Shown piece by piece: positions 12,911-23,161 of a DNA stretch of 55,129 nucleotides (positions are counted from its first letter, which is position 1; each line of letters begins with the position of its first letter). The notes under the pieces are model-generated. The model was not told where the DNA came from, did no database searches, and worked only from the letters and a program-made list of their open reading frames with translations. The translations under genes and the position numbers were made by a program. The DNA is from an uncultured Hyphomonas sp. (GTDB lineage: Bacteria > Pseudomonadota > Alphaproteobacteria > Caulobacterales > Hyphomonadaceae), in contig CAYQRX010000001.1 in assembly GCA_964419865.1 (NCBI GenBank), forward strand, positions 1 to 55,129. The letters run 5' to 3'.

Positions 12911-13593
12911 CGACGCCGGTTCTCGAACTCCAGGGGATAGACCGAACCTATCGTACCGAAGCCGGCGCGCTCAATGTGCTGCGGGGCACTGATCTGAGGG
13001 TTGCGCCCGGGGAGCTTGTGGGCCTTGTCGGCCCATCCGGTTCGGGAAAATCGACATTGCTGCACACCGCAGGGCTGCTGGAACGTCCGGAGGGCGGCAC
13101 GATCTTTCTGGATGGGGTCAACTGCCTGAAGCTGAATGATGACGGGCGTACCGCCATCCGGCGCCAGAAAATCGGCTTCGTCTACCAGTTCCATCACCTC
13201 CTTCCCGAGTTTAACGCTATCGACAATATCGCCATGCCTCTGATGATCGCCGGCGTTAAGAAGAAGGCGGCGCGCGAGAAGGCCGCCAGCCTGCTGGCGG
13301 AGATGGGGCTGGAAGAGCGCGCCTTTCACCAGCCGGCACAACTGTCGGGCGGCGAGCAGCAGCGCGTGGCGATTGCCCGTGCACTGGCCAATGATCCCCG
13401 CCTCGTGATCGCGGATGAGCCGACCGGCAATCTCGACCCGGCAACAACCGAGCGTGTGTTCGCCACGCTGATCAAGATGGTGCGGGAAGAAGGCGCAGGC
13501 GTTCTGGTCGCAACGCACAATCTGGCCCTGACCCGGCATATGGACCGTATCCTGACGCTGAAGGACGGGAAGCTCGTCGATTATACCGAGTGA
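12907..13593 (+). CDS. lolD: Lipoprotein-releasing ABC transporter ATPase
   Basis: Walker A GPSGSGKST, LolD motif GFVYQFHHLLPEF, LSGGEQQR and ADEPTGNLD. Confidence 0.93.
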   Translation: MTTPVLELQGIDRTYRTEAGALNVLRGTDLRVAPGELVGLVGPSGSGKSTLLHTAGLLERPEGGTIFLDGVNCLKLNDDGRTAIRRQKIGFVYQFHHLLPEFNAIDNIAMPLMIAGVKKKAAREKAASLLAEMGLEERAFHQPAQLSGGEQQRVAIARALANDPRLVIADEPTGNLDPATTERVFATLIKMVREEGAGVLVATHNLALTRHMDRILTLKDGKLVDYTE

Positions 13594-13675
13594 TCGCTTG
13601 TGGAGTATGGTCCTCGGGCATCTTCCGGACCTGCTGATTCGGTGAGAAGATCGCTGGCCGAAAGGATGCCCGCCT

Positions 13676-16600
13676 GTGACCGACCCTGTATTCGTCCACC
13701 TTGCCGTCCGGTCGAGCTATTCGCTGCTCGAGAGTATGATCACGCCGTCAGACCTTGCCAAATGGGGCAAGCAGCACGGCATGCCGGCGATGGCAGTGAC
13801 CGACCGAAACTGTCTTTTCGGCGCGCTGGAACTATCGCTGAAGCTGTCTGACTACGGTATCCAGCCGATCATGGCGTGCTGTTTTGACGTTACGGACGGG
13901 GCGCCGAAGTCGGAGCCTTCGCGGCTGTCGCTCTATGCGCAGAACGAAACCGGTTACAAGCGGCTGATGTTCCTGTCTTCGATGGCTTATCTTGAAGCCC
14001 CGGACGGCGTGCCCCGCCTGCATCGCAAACATGTCCTGGAGCATACGGACGGGCTTATCCTGCTGACGGGCGGCGCGGAGGGCGACGTCGCCCGCCATAT
14101 TCTCAAAGGCCGGATGGCAGACGCGCGGACTGAACTCTCGACGCTGGCGGGCGCCTATCCGGGGCGCTGTTATGTGGAGATCACGCGCCATGGCACGCAG
14201 GGTGAGATCCGCACAGAGCCGGCTCTCCTGGAACTTGCGTACGATATGGGGCTGCCACTGGTCGCAACGCATGATGCCCGGTTCATGAAGCCGGAGGATG
14301 TGACGGCTCATGATGCGATGATGTGCATCGCGAATGGACAATATCTTGGGCAGGATGACCGGAAGAGGGTTGAGCCGGGCCAGTATCTCAAGACCGCTGC
14401 CGAGATGCGGGCATTGTTCGACGATCTGCCCGAAGCGCTTGCCACGACCGGCGAAATTGCCATGCGCTGCGCGGTACGCGCCGAAACACGCAAGCCCATC
14501 CTGCCGAACTTCAGCAAGGAAGGCCGCTCGGAGGCTGAGGAGCTTGCGCATCAGGCGCGCCACGGCCTGGAACTGCGCCTTGCCGAAGCTGACCGTCTGT
14601 ATGCAGAACCGGAAACCTACTGGCAGCGCCTCGACTATGAGCTTGGCATCATTGAGCGGATGGGCTTTCCGGGCTACTTTCTGATCGTTTCGGATTTCAT
14701 AAAATGGGCCAAGGCGAACGACATTCCCGTTGGTCCGGGCAGGGGCTCGGGTGCCGGATCGCTGGTGGCCTGGGTGTTGCTGATTACCGACCTCGACCCG
14801 CTTCGCGTTGATCTCCTGTTCGAGCGCTTCCTGAACCCCGAGCGCGTTTCGATGCCGGACTTCGACGTTGACTTCTGCCAGGAGCGGCGCGGTGAGGTCA
14901 TCCGATATGTGCGCGAGAAGTATGGTGCTGACAGCGTTGCGATGATCATCACCTTCGGCACATTGCAGGCGAAGGCTGTGGTGCGCGATGTCGGCCGGGT
15001 GATGCAGATGCCGTATGGTCAGGTCGATCGGTTGGCCAAGCTTATACCGTTCAATCCCGCGAAACCGCCAACGCTGGATGAGGCCATCGCCGCAGAGCCG
15101 AAGTTTGATGACGAGATCGCCGCCGACCCTCGCGTCGGTGAGTTGATCGACACGGCACGCGCCCTTGAGGGCATGTATCGCAATGCCGGCACGCACGCTG
15201 CTGGCGTGGTGATCGCGGATCGGCCGCTGGTCGAGCTTGTGCCTCTCTATAATGATCCGCGTGCGGATTTGCCGGCAACGCAGTTCAACATGAAGTATGC
15301 CGAGATGGCCGGACTTGTGAAGTTCGACTTCCTCGGCCTGAAGACGCTGACTGTAATTGATCGTGCATTGAAGTTCATCCGGCGGGACGGGCGCGATGTC
15401 GGGCCCGCGTGGCGCAGCCTGGATGATCCGGACACTTATGAGCTGATGGCAAGTGGAGAGACCCTCGGAGTGTTCCAGCTCGAGGGCGCGGGGATGCGCG
15501 ATACGCTCCGGCGCGTGCGGCCAAATAACATCGAAGACCTGATTGCGATCATTTCGCTCTATCGCCCCGGGCCCATGGAGAATATTCCCGTCTATGTTCA
15601 GGGCAAGGAGGATCCTGCTTCCGTCCGCTATCAGCATCCCGATCTGAAGCCGGTTCTAGAAGCGACATATGGCGTGCCTGTCTATCAGGAGCAGGTTATG
15701 CGGATGGCGCAGGAAATCGCCGGCTATTCGCTTGGCGAAGCCGACCTTCTGCGCCGGGCCATGGGCAAAAAGAAGCTCGAAGAAATGGTCGCGCAGCGCA
15801 AACGCTTCGTGGAAGGGGCGGCAAAGAACAAGGACATGGCGGCGCCGCTGGCGAATGAGATTTTCGACACGATGGAGAAGTTCGCCGGATACGGTTTCAA
15901 CAAGTCCCACGCGGCGGCGTACGCGTTAATCGGATACCATACCGGATACCTGAAATGTCACTATCCGAAGGAATTCCTCGCGGCGTCGATGAGTCTCGAC
16001 ATTGGCAACACAGACAAGCTCGCGGCCTTTTTTCAGGAGGCGAAACGTTTGCGGATCCCGGTGCTTGCGCCCGACATCAACACCTCTCAAGCCGATTTTG
16101 ACGTAAATGAAAGCGGCATCGTTTACGCTCTGGGCGCTATCAAGGGTGTCGGTATTGAGGCGATGCGCCATGTGGTGGCGGTCCGCGACGACGCCGGGCC
16201 ATTCCGCGACCTTTATGACTTCGCAGAGCGAGTCGATCCGCGGCATGTGAACAAGAAGGCGCTTGAATCGCTGGCTCGTGCCGGGGCGTTGGATGGTGTT
16301 GAGCCTAACCGGGCACGCGTGTTCGGCGCAGTGACCCTGCTTGCCCAGTACTGTGCCAGCGCCGCCGAAGACCGGCAGGGCGGGCAGGGCGGGTTGTTCG
16401 GTGAGGCCGAGCCAGCGCTGCGGCCGGATCTCCCGGCCGCTCGCCTGTGGACGGCGCAGCAGAAGCTCGATGAAGAGTTTCGCTCGATCGGTTTCTATTT
16501 CTCGGGCCATCCGCTGGACGATGTCCTCACCTCAATCGACCGTGACCGGGTAACTCTGGCCATGGAGGTTCAGGAACGGGCCGGCGATGGCAAGCCGCTC

Positions 16601-17098
16601 GAAATGATCGGCATCGTACGGGCGCGCAACGACAAGCCGGGGCGCAATGGTGGAAAATTTGCCTTCCTGACTGTTTCGGATCCGACGGGAGAGCTTGAGA
16701 TGATGGTCTTCAACGAGGGCCTTGCCCAGTATGGAGACCTGCTACAGCCGGGCAGGGCCGTGGCGCTCACGGTCACTGCAAAGCTGAACGGAGAGGAGCT
16801 GCGCCTCAATCTCGACCGGGCCGTCGAGCTGGAAGCGGCCCGCCTTTCCAAGCCTTCAGGCTCGCTCGTAGTACGGCTTTCGCCCGGCGCCGACCCGGCG
16901 GATCTTGCCGGTGTTGTCAGGCGGCTGGAGCAGGTTGCAGATGCCGACCGGGGCGCGATACTGGTCGAAATGCCGCTGGAGGATGGACGCCTTGTCACGC
17001 TCAGGCTGCCGCAGACCTATACAATCGGGCTCCGCGCCCAGCGGGCGCTGAAGGAAGTTCCGGGCGTTGAGAAGGTCGATCCGCGCCAGGCAGCCTGA
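13676..17098 (+). CDS. dnaE: DNA polymerase III alpha subunit
   Basis: PHP-domain start FVHL..RSSYSLLE; GPGRGSGAGS, FERFLNPERVSMPDFDVDF, KFDFLGL and YGFNKSHAAAY motifs; 1140 aa. Confidence 0.97.
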   Translation: MTDPVFVHLAVRSSYSLLESMITPSDLAKWGKQHGMPAMAVTDRNCLFGALELSLKLSDYGIQPIMACCFDVTDGAPKSEPSRLSLYAQNETGYKRLMFLSSMAYLEAPDGVPRLHRKHVLEHTDGLILLTGGAEGDVARHILKGRMADARTELSTLAGAYPGRCYVEITRHGTQGEIRTEPALLELAYDMGLPLVATHDARFMKPEDVTAHDAMMCIANGQYLGQDDRKRVEPGQYLKTAAEMRALFDDLPEALATTGEIAMRCAVRAETRKPILPNFSKEGRSEAEELAHQARHGLELRLAEADRLYAEPETYWQRLDYELGIIERMGFPGYFLIVSDFIKWAKANDIPVGPGRGSGAGSLVAWVLLITDLDPLRVDLLFERFLNPERVSMPDFDVDFCQERRGEVIRYVREKYGADSVAMIITFGTLQAKAVVRDVGRVMQMPYGQVDRLAKLIPFNPAKPPTLDEAIAAEPKFDDEIAADPRVGELIDTARALEGMYRNAGTHAAGVVIADRPLVELVPLYNDPRADLPATQFNMKYAEMAGLVKFDFLGLKTLTVIDRALKFIRRDGRDVGPAWRSLDDPDTYELMASGETLGVFQLEGAGMRDTLRRVRPNNIEDLIAIISLYRPGPMENIPVYVQGKEDPASVRYQHPDLKPVLEATYGVPVYQEQVMRMAQEIAGYSLGEADLLRRAMGKKKLEEMVAQRKRFVEGAAKNKDMAAPLANEIFDTMEKFAGYGFNKSHAAAYALIGYHTGYLKCHYPKEFLAASMSLDIGNTDKLAAFFQEAKRLRIPVLAPDINTSQADFDVNESGIVYALGAIKGVGIEAMRHVVAVRDDAGPFRDLYDFAERVDPRHVNKKALESLARAGALDGVEPNRARVFGAVTLLAQYCASAAEDRQGGQGGLFGEAEPALRPDLPAARLWTAQQKLDEEFRSIGFYFSGHPLDDVLTSIDRDRVTLAMEVQERAGDGKPLEMIGIVRARNDKPGRNGGKFAFLTVSDPTGELEMMVFNEGLAQYGDLLQPGRAVALTVTAKLNGEELRLNLDRAVELEAARLSKPSGSLVVRLSPGADPADLAGVVRRLEQVADADRGAILVEMPLEDGRLVTLRLPQTYTIGLRAQRALKEVPGVEKVDPRQAA

Positions 17099-17117
17099 AT
17101 CTACGGCGTTTTGGGGC

Positions 17118-17145
17118 TTGCCGCCGGACTGAAATGCGGTATACG
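17118..17145 (+). promoter_or_regulatory. Putative sigma70 promoter of rpsB-tsf
   Basis: TTGCCG (17118-17123) and TGCGGTATACG (17135-17145), resembling the extended -10 known for rpsB promoters. Confidence 0.55.
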
Positions 17146-17164
17146 CCGCGCTTCTAGACCAAGT

Positions 17165-17236
17165 CGCGGGTGCATCCGGTGCGACGGGATTTCCCGTAGT
17201 TCCACCCTGCGACGGCCAACCGGATGGAGAAAATCG
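17165..17236 (+). promoter_or_regulatory. Structured rpsB 5' leader (probable S2 autoregulatory element)
   Basis: CATCCGGT (17173-80) pairs with ACCGGATG (17219-26); inner hairpin ACGGG/CCCGT (17184-97); GGGTG (17168-72) is complementary to CACCC (17203-07); SD GGAGA lies at the stem base. Confidence 0.6.
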
Positions 17237-18025
17237 ATGGCCCTTCCTGACTTCTCGATGCGTCAGCTGCTCGAGGCTGGTGTTCACTTCGGTCACCAGA
17301 CCCACCGCTGGAACCCCCGCATGAAGCCGTATATCTACGGCGAGCGTTCCGGCATCCACATCATGGACCTTTCGCACACCGTGCCGGCCCTGCATCAGGC
17401 GCTTGTTTTCGTGCGTGACACTGTCGCCAAGGGCGGGCGCATCCTGTTCGTCGGCACCAAGCGCCAGGCCCAGGAGCCGGTGGCTGAAGCGGCGCAGCGC
17501 TGTGCCCAGTACTATATGAACCATCGCTGGCTCGGCGGCACGCTGACCAACTGGTCGACCGTTTCCAACTCGATCAAACAGCTGCGCGAACTGAACGCGA
17601 TGTTTGAGAGTGGTGGTGGCGCCGGCCTCACCAAGAAAGAGCTGCTCGACCTGCAGCGCCGCCGCGACAAGCTGCAGCGCGCGCTCGGCGGTATCGCCGA
17701 CATGGGCGGCCTGCCTTCGGCTATCATCGTCATCGATACGAACAAGGAAGCGATCGCCGTTCAGGAAGCCCGCAAGCTTGGCATTCCGGTTGTGGCTGTG
17801 CTCGACACGAACTGCGACCCGGCCGACGCCGATTATGGCTTCCCCGGCAATGACGACGCAGCCCGCGCCATCTCGCTCTACTGCAACCTGTTTGCTGATG
17901 CCGTGCTCGACGGCCTCGCGGAATCGACGGCCGGTCTCGGAGTTGACCTCGGCGCGTCGGCAGATGTCGCTGCGCTTGCAGACGCGGATGTCAAACTGGC
18001 TGATGAAGCGGCTGGCGAAGCCTGA
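17237..18025 (+). CDS. rpsB: 30S ribosomal protein S2
   Basis: [29 protein letters not shown] and PGNDDA motifs; ATG 17237 with GGAGA SD. Confidence 0.98.
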   Translation: MALPDFSMRQLLEAGVHFGHQTHRWNPRMKPYIYGERSGIHIMDLSHTVPALHQALVFVRDTVAKGGRILFVGTKRQAQEPVAEAAQRCAQYYMNHRWLGGTLTNWSTVSNSIKQLRELNAMFESGGGAGLTKKELLDLQRRRDKLQRALGGIADMGGLPSAIIVIDTNKEAIAVQEARKLGIPVVAVLDTNCDPADADYGFPGNDDAARAISLYCNLFADAVLDGLAESTAGLGVDLGASADVAALADADVKLADEAAGEA

Positions 18026-18063
18026 TAGCCCACCGGGCAAACTCAAGATGAAGGATCGATCTC

Positions 18064-18969
18064 ATGGCTGAGATTACTGCTGCACTTGTGAAGGAACTGC
18101 GCGAGAAAACCGGCGCAGGCATGATGGACGCAAAGAAGGCGCTCGTCGAAAACAATGGCGATCAGGCCGCTGCCATCGACTGGCTGCGCGCCAAGGGCCT
18201 GTCCAAAGCTGCCAAGAAGTCCGACCGCGCTGCTGCGGAAGGGCTCGTCGCGGTCAAGCTGTCGGCCGATGGCAAAACCGGCGCGATTGTTGAGCTTAAC
18301 GCGGAAACCGACTTTGTTGCCCGCAACGAGATCTTCCAGAAGTCCCTGGAGGGCATTGCCAACGCGGCGCTCGGCGTGGACGGCACGGTCGAGGCCGTTT
18401 TGGCTGCGCCATCGCCGGATGGTGACGGCACGGTCGATGATCTGATCAAACGCATGATCGCAACCATCGGTGAAAACATGACGCTGCGCCGCGTCGCAAA
18501 ACTCACTGCTTCGGGCGGTGTGTCGGCCTATATCCACAATGCGGCCGCGCCTGGCATGGGCAAGGTCGGCGTGCTGGTGGCCCTCGACGGTTCGGGAAGC
18601 CTGGATGAGATCGGCCGCAAGGTTGCGATGCACGTTGCCGCAACCTCCCCCGCGGCGGCAACCACCGCCGAACTGGATCCGGCGCTGATCGAATCGGAGA
18701 AGCGCGTCCTGACCGAGCAGGCCCGCGAGAGCGGCAAGCCGGATGCGGTCATCGAAAAGATGATCGTTGGCCGGATGCAGAAGTTCTACAAAGAAGTGGT
18801 CCTGGTTGAACAACCCTTCATCATGGACACCGACAAGACGGTTGGTGAATTCCTCAAGGCGGAAGGCGCAACGCTAAAAGGCTTTGTTCACTACAAACTT
18901 GGCGAAGGCGTTGAGAAAGCTGCGGACAACTTCGCTGATGAGGTAGCCGCTCTTACAAAAGGCGCCTGA
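18064..18969 (+). CDS. tsf: Elongation factor Ts
   Basis: [24 protein letters not shown] and ETDFVA motifs. Confidence 0.98.
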   Translation: MAEITAALVKELREKTGAGMMDAKKALVENNGDQAAAIDWLRAKGLSKAAKKSDRAAAEGLVAVKLSADGKTGAIVELNAETDFVARNEIFQKSLEGIANAALGVDGTVEAVLAAPSPDGDGTVDDLIKRMIATIGENMTLRRVAKLTASGGVSAYIHNAAAPGMGKVGVLVALDGSGSLDEIGRKVAMHVAATSPAAATTAELDPALIESEKRVLTEQARESGKPDAVIEKMIVGRMQKFYKEVVLVEQPFIMDTDKTVGEFLKAEGATLKGFVHYKLGEGVEKAADNFADEVAALTKGA

Positions 18970-19005
18970 CCGGGCTTGCCTTTCAGCCCGTGAGGGGCTT
19001 TGAAC

Positions 19006-19042
19006 AATCCCGGCCGCCCCAATGGAGTGGCCGGGATTTTTT
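19006..19042 (+). terminator. Rho-independent terminator after tsf
   Basis: AATCCCGGCC (19006-15) and GGCCGGGATT (19029-38) form an inverted repeat followed by a T-run. Confidence 0.8.
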
Positions 19043-19080
19043 GTGCCCGATGCCCAGAAATCAGGAAGTTGGAGTGTCAG

Positions 19081-19836
19081 ATGCCGTCCGGCGAGCCAGA
19101 GACCAGCAAGCTAAAATATCGCCGCGTTCTGCTGAAACTGTCGGGTGAAGCCCTGATGGGCCCCGGACAGTTTGGGATCGATATTCCAACCTGTGAGCAA
19201 TTTGCCAAGGCGATAGCCGGCGCACGGGCGGCCGGCGCCGAAATCTGCCTCGTGATTGGTGGCGGGAATATATTTCGTGGTGTTGCCGGCGCCGCCAAAG
19301 GTATGGACAGAGCGCAAGCGGACTCGATGGGCATGTTGGCGACGGTGATGAACGCACTTGCTATGCAGAGCGTGCTGGAAAGCGTTGGTGTGCCGACGCG
19401 GGTTCAATCGGCCATCAACATGGATGCGATCTGCGAACCCTATATCCGGCGCCGGGCCCAGCGGCACATGGAGAAGGGCAGGGTGGTGATTTTCGCAGCC
19501 GGTATTGGCAACCCGTTTTTCACGACGGACACCGGCGCAGCGCTGCGTGCGATCGAGATGAACTGTGACGCCCTGCTGAAAGGTACGCAGGTGGACGGCG
19601 TATACACTGCCGATCCCAAGCTCGACGCAACGGCGACCCGCTACAAACAGGTTGGCTATCAGGAGCTGCTGGTCAAGGATCTCCGCGTGATGGACCCTTC
19701 CGCCGTAAGCCTGATGCGCGATAACAACATACCAATCGTCGTGTTTTCTCTCAAAGAGGAGGGGTCTCTGCTCAATGTCCTCTATGGGCGCGGCACTTCC
19801 ACGACGATTACCAATCAGGGAGCAGACAAATCATGA
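19081..19836 (+). CDS. pyrH: UMP kinase
   Basis: [23 protein letters not shown] and GNPFFTTD motifs; ATG 19081 with GGAG SD. Confidence 0.97.
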   Translation: MPSGEPETSKLKYRRVLLKLSGEALMGPGQFGIDIPTCEQFAKAIAGARAAGAEICLVIGGGNIFRGVAGAAKGMDRAQADSMGMLATVMNALAMQSVLESVGVPTRVQSAINMDAICEPYIRRRAQRHMEKGRVVIFAAGIGNPFFTTDTGAALRAIEMNCDALLKGTQVDGVYTADPKLDATATRYKQVGYQELLVKDLRVMDPSAVSLMRDNNIPIVVFSLKEEGSLLNVLYGRGTSTTITNQGADKS

Positions 19837-20387
19837 GTTATAGCAAGCAGGATCTCGAGCGCCGCATGGAAGGCGCGCTTTCTGCGCTGGCCTCCGAGTT
19901 TGCCGGGCTGCGCACGGGGCGGGCCTCGGTCAATCTGCTCGATTCCATCCAGGTGCCGGCCTATGGTGGCACGGTGCCGTTAAGCCAGGTCGCCTCGATC
20001 ACGGTTACCGACACCCGGATGCTGTCTGTGAACGTCTGGGACAAGACTGTGGTTGGCGCCACCGACCGGGCGATTCGCGACTCCGGTCTGGGGCTGAACC
20101 CCGTGATGGACGGACAGACGCTGCGTATCCCGATCCCCCCGCTCAATGAAGAGCGCCGGGTCGAGCTCACCAAAATCGCCGGAAAGTACGCCGAAGCCGC
20201 CAGGGTTGCGGTGCGCAACGTCCGCCGCGACGGTATGGATGCGCTCAAGAAGGCCGAAAAAGACGGGGAAATCAGCGAAGACAAGCATCGTACCTTGTCC
20301 GATGAAGTGCAGAAGCTGACAGACGCTTTCGTGAAACGTGTCGATGAGGCATTAAAGGCGAAAGAAGCGGAGATCATGCAGGTCTGA
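19833..20387 (+). CDS. frr: Ribosome recycling factor
   Basis: [15 protein letters not shown] and [10 protein letters not shown] motifs. Confidence 0.97.
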   Translation: MSYSKQDLERRMEGALSALASEFAGLRTGRASVNLLDSIQVPAYGGTVPLSQVASITVTDTRMLSVNVWDKTVVGATDRAIRDSGLGLNPVMDGQTLRIPIPPLNEERRVELTKIAGKYAEAARVAVRNVRRDGMDALKKAEKDGEISEDKHRTLSDEVQKLTDAFVKRVDEALKAKEAEIMQV

Positions 20388-21145
20388 TGTCGCGGGCACT
20401 CGCCCCCTCTGATCCAGCAGCTGCAGGCCCCCAGCCGGCGGCACCGGTGCATGTCGCCATCATCATGGACGGAAACGGCCGCTGGGCAACGGCCCGGCAT
20501 CTGCCACGCAGCGCCGGGCATGAACGCGGCGTTGAAGCTCTGAGGCGGACCGTTGAGGCGGCGGGCGAACTCGGCATCCGCTATCTCACGGTCTTCTCCT
20601 TCTCGACGGAGAATTGGAGGCGCCCGGCTGCCGAGGTCAATGTGTTGTTTGGCCTGCTCAAAGCTTATGTCCAGCGCGATCTTCAGCGTTTGAAGGAAGA
20701 GGGCGTACGGATCAGGGTGATCGGACAGCGCAGCGGGCTCCCGCCTGATATCGCGGCCCTTGTGGAGCGGGCAGAAAGCGAGACCCGCGCCAACTCTGAT
20801 TTTTTCCTGACAATTGCGTTCAACTACGGATCCAGGGACGAAATCCTGCGCGCGGCGAGCGCGCTGGCGGAGGATGTCGCTTCCGGGAAGGTCACTGGCC
20901 CTATCAAAGAGGACGACTTTGCCCGCTATCTCGATACATCCGAGTTGCCAGACCCCGACCTGGTCATCCGGACAAGTGGAGAGTACCGGATCAGCAATTT
21001 CCTTCTCTGGCAGGCCGCTTATGCCGAGTTCCTGTTCTGCGATGTGCTCTGGCCGGATTTCGACCGGCAGCACCTTGAGACTGCCTTGCAGCGATACAAG
21101 GAACGGGAGCGCCGTTACGGTGCGGTTACTCCGGGAGCCGGCTGA
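20387..21145 (+). CDS. uppS: Undecaprenyl diphosphate synthase
   Basis: HVAIIMDGNGRWA, FSTENWRRP and IRTSGEYRISNFLLWQ motifs. Confidence 0.96.
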   Translation: MSRALAPSDPAAAGPQPAAPVHVAIIMDGNGRWATARHLPRSAGHERGVEALRRTVEAAGELGIRYLTVFSFSTENWRRPAAEVNVLFGLLKAYVQRDLQRLKEEGVRIRVIGQRSGLPPDIAALVERAESETRANSDFFLTIAFNYGSRDEILRAASALAEDVASGKVTGPIKEDDFARYLDTSELPDPDLVIRTSGEYRISNFLLWQAAYAEFLFCDVLWPDFDRQHLETALQRYKERERRYGAVTPGAG

Positions 21146-21963
21146 TGGGTGATTGGACGCCGACCGACCGTCGGTTCTCCGAGCTTCCCCTGCGTCTGGC
21201 GTCTGCTCTTGTCCTAATCCCGCTGGCCCTCGGTGCGGTATGGATGGGCGGCATCTGGCTGGCTCTCGCCTGTGCGGTGTTCGCTTTTGTCATGATGCTC
21301 GAATGGTGCGGCATGAGCGCAACGCCGAACAGCAGGCTCCTCGCTGTTTTTGCCGCTGCCTTCCCGCTGTCGCTGCCCTTACTCGATCTTTCCCTGTCCT
21401 TCGCACTCGGCGTGGCGGCTTTGGTTCTGGGGGCGCTCGGTGCCCGGGGGTATTGGCGCGCGCGCGTCGCCGGCGCATTCGGGGTGGTTTATGTCCTCGC
21501 CATGGTCGGGGCTTTGTATCTTCTGAGGGAGGGGCCCTGGGAGGGGCGGGCCGCAGCGCTCTACTTCATGTCATTTGTCTGGGCGTCGGATGCGGCGGCT
21601 TATTTCTTTGGGCGCGCGCTGAAGGGCCCGCGCCTTCTCCCGAGCGAGAGCCCGAACAAGACCTGGAGCGGTGCAATTGCTGCCGTGATCGCCTGCGCGA
21701 TTTGTGGTTACTTCGCGGCCGGTATTGAGGGTGTCGCGCATGGCGCCTGGATTGCAACAGGGATCGCGGTATCCATAGTGGCGCAGGTGGGTGACTTGTT
21801 TGAAAGCGGTCTCAAGCGGCGATTTAAGGTTAAGGATTCCGGACGGATCCTGCCGGGGCATGGGGGCCTGCTGGACCGGGTCGATGGTCTCGGCGCTGTC
21901 AGCGTTGCTGCGTCAGCCGCGCTGCTCTTGCTGCCTGGCCTCGCCCAAGCGCTGGGGCTTTGA
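21145..21963 (+). CDS. cdsA: Phosphatidate cytidylyltransferase
   Basis: SPNKTWSG and GDLFESGLKRRFKVKDSGRILPGHGGLLDRVD motifs. Confidence 0.95.
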   Translation: MGDWTPTDRRFSELPLRLASALVLIPLALGAVWMGGIWLALACAVFAFVMMLEWCGMSATPNSRLLAVFAAAFPLSLPLLDLSLSFALGVAALVLGALGARGYWRARVAGAFGVVYVLAMVGALYLLREGPWEGRAAALYFMSFVWASDAAAYFFGRALKGPRLLPSESPNKTWSGAIAAVIACAICGYFAAGIEGVAHGAWIATGIAVSIVAQVGDLFESGLKRRFKVKDSGRILPGHGGLLDRVDGLGAVSVAASAALLLLPGLAQALGL

Positions 21964-21967
21964 GGCT

Positions 21968-23161
21968 ATGACCCGGCGCGTTTCGATCTTTGGCTCAACC
22001 GGTTCGATTGGAAAGTCGGCAGTCGATGTTGTTCGCCACGCCCAGGACACGGGGTCTGAGGATTTCGAGATCGTCGCCCTTGTGGCCGGCAGTGATGTGC
22101 GCGGCCTGGCTGCCCAGGCGCGCCTGCTGCAGCCTGAAGTCGCGGTCATCGCTGATGAGTCCCGCCTTCAGGACCTTAGAGATGCCTTGAAGGGCACCGG
22201 TATTGAAGTTGCGGCCGGCGCGAGGGCTCTGATTGAAGCGGCGCAGCGGCCCTGTGATCGCTTCCTGGCGGCGATTGTCGGCGCGGCGGGCCTCGAATCG
22301 ACGCTGGCGGCAATCCGCTCGGGCAATGACGTGGCCATTGCAAACAAGGAAAGCATTGTCTGCGGCGGCCCCCTCATGCTGGCGGAGGCCAAGCGCTCAG
22401 CTGCACGGATTTTACCGGTCGATTCAGAGCATAGCGCCATTTTTCAATGTCTTGGCGATGGCCGTTTCGTGGAACAGATGACCATAACGGCGTCCGGCGG
22501 GCCTTTCCGAACCTCGACAATTGCGCAAATGGCAGCGGCAACGCCGGCGCAAGCGGCGGCGCACCCAGTCTGGCCGATGGGGATGAAGAATTCCATCGAC
22601 AGCGCCACGCTGATGAATAAGGCGCTGGAGTTCATCGAGGCGGCGGTTCTGTTCGATATTCCCCAAAGCGCTATCGACGTGTTGGTGCACCCTCAGTCCA
22701 TTATCCATGGAATGGTTCATTTCGAGGATGGGTCTGTTATCGCGCAGCTGGCGACACCCGATATGAAGACGCCGATATCGTATGCACTGGGCTGGCCGGA
22801 CAGAATCGGCACGACAGTAGCGAGGCTCGACCTCGCCCAGCTGAGCCGCCTCGATTTTCACGCTGTTGACGAGACACGGTTTTCCGCGATTCGCCTTGCG
22901 CGCGAGGCGATGCGCCTAGGGCCAGGCGCCCGCGTCGTGTTAAATTGCGCTAATGAAGCTGCCGTTTCTGCATTTGCCGGGGGCAAATGCGGTCTTCTCG
23001 ACATAAGCCTATCTGTAGAAGACGCATTGGAGCGCTTTTCATCCAGCGAGTTTGCCTCTAGCAAATGCGACACGCTTGAAGAAATAGCGGAATTGGGTCG
23101 GTACGGGCAGTTCCTTGTCTCCGACTGGCTGGAACGAGCCCCTAGCCGGGCGGGAGGATGA
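21968..23161 (+). CDS. dxr: 1-deoxy-D-xylulose-5-phosphate reductoisomerase
   Basis: GSTGSIG, ANKES, LPVDSEHSAIFQ and DSATLMNK.LE motifs; ATG 21968 after GAGG. Confidence 0.96.
   Translation: MTRRVSIFGSTGSIGKSAVDVVRHAQDTGSEDFEIVALVAGSDVRGLAAQARLLQPEVAVIADESRLQDLRDALKGTGIEVAAGARALIEAAQRPCDRFLAAIVGAAGLESTLAAIRSGNDVAIANKESIVCGGPLMLAEAKRSAARILPVDSEHSAIFQCLGDGRFVEQMTITASGGPFRTSTIAQMAAATPAQAAAHPVWPMGMKNSIDSATLMNKALEFIEAAVLFDIPQSAIDVLVHPQSIIHGMVHFEDGSVIAQLATPDMKTPISYALGWPDRIGTTVARLDLAQLSRLDFHAVDETRFSAIRLAREAMRLGPGARVVLNCANEAAVSAFAGGKCGLLDISLSVEDALERFSSSEFASSKCDTLEEIAELGRYGQFLVSDWLERAPSRAGG

Noticed and set aside
13832-15637. 601-aa antisense ORF inside dnaE
   Set aside because: Lies entirely opposite a conserved essential gene; typical antisense mirror frame.
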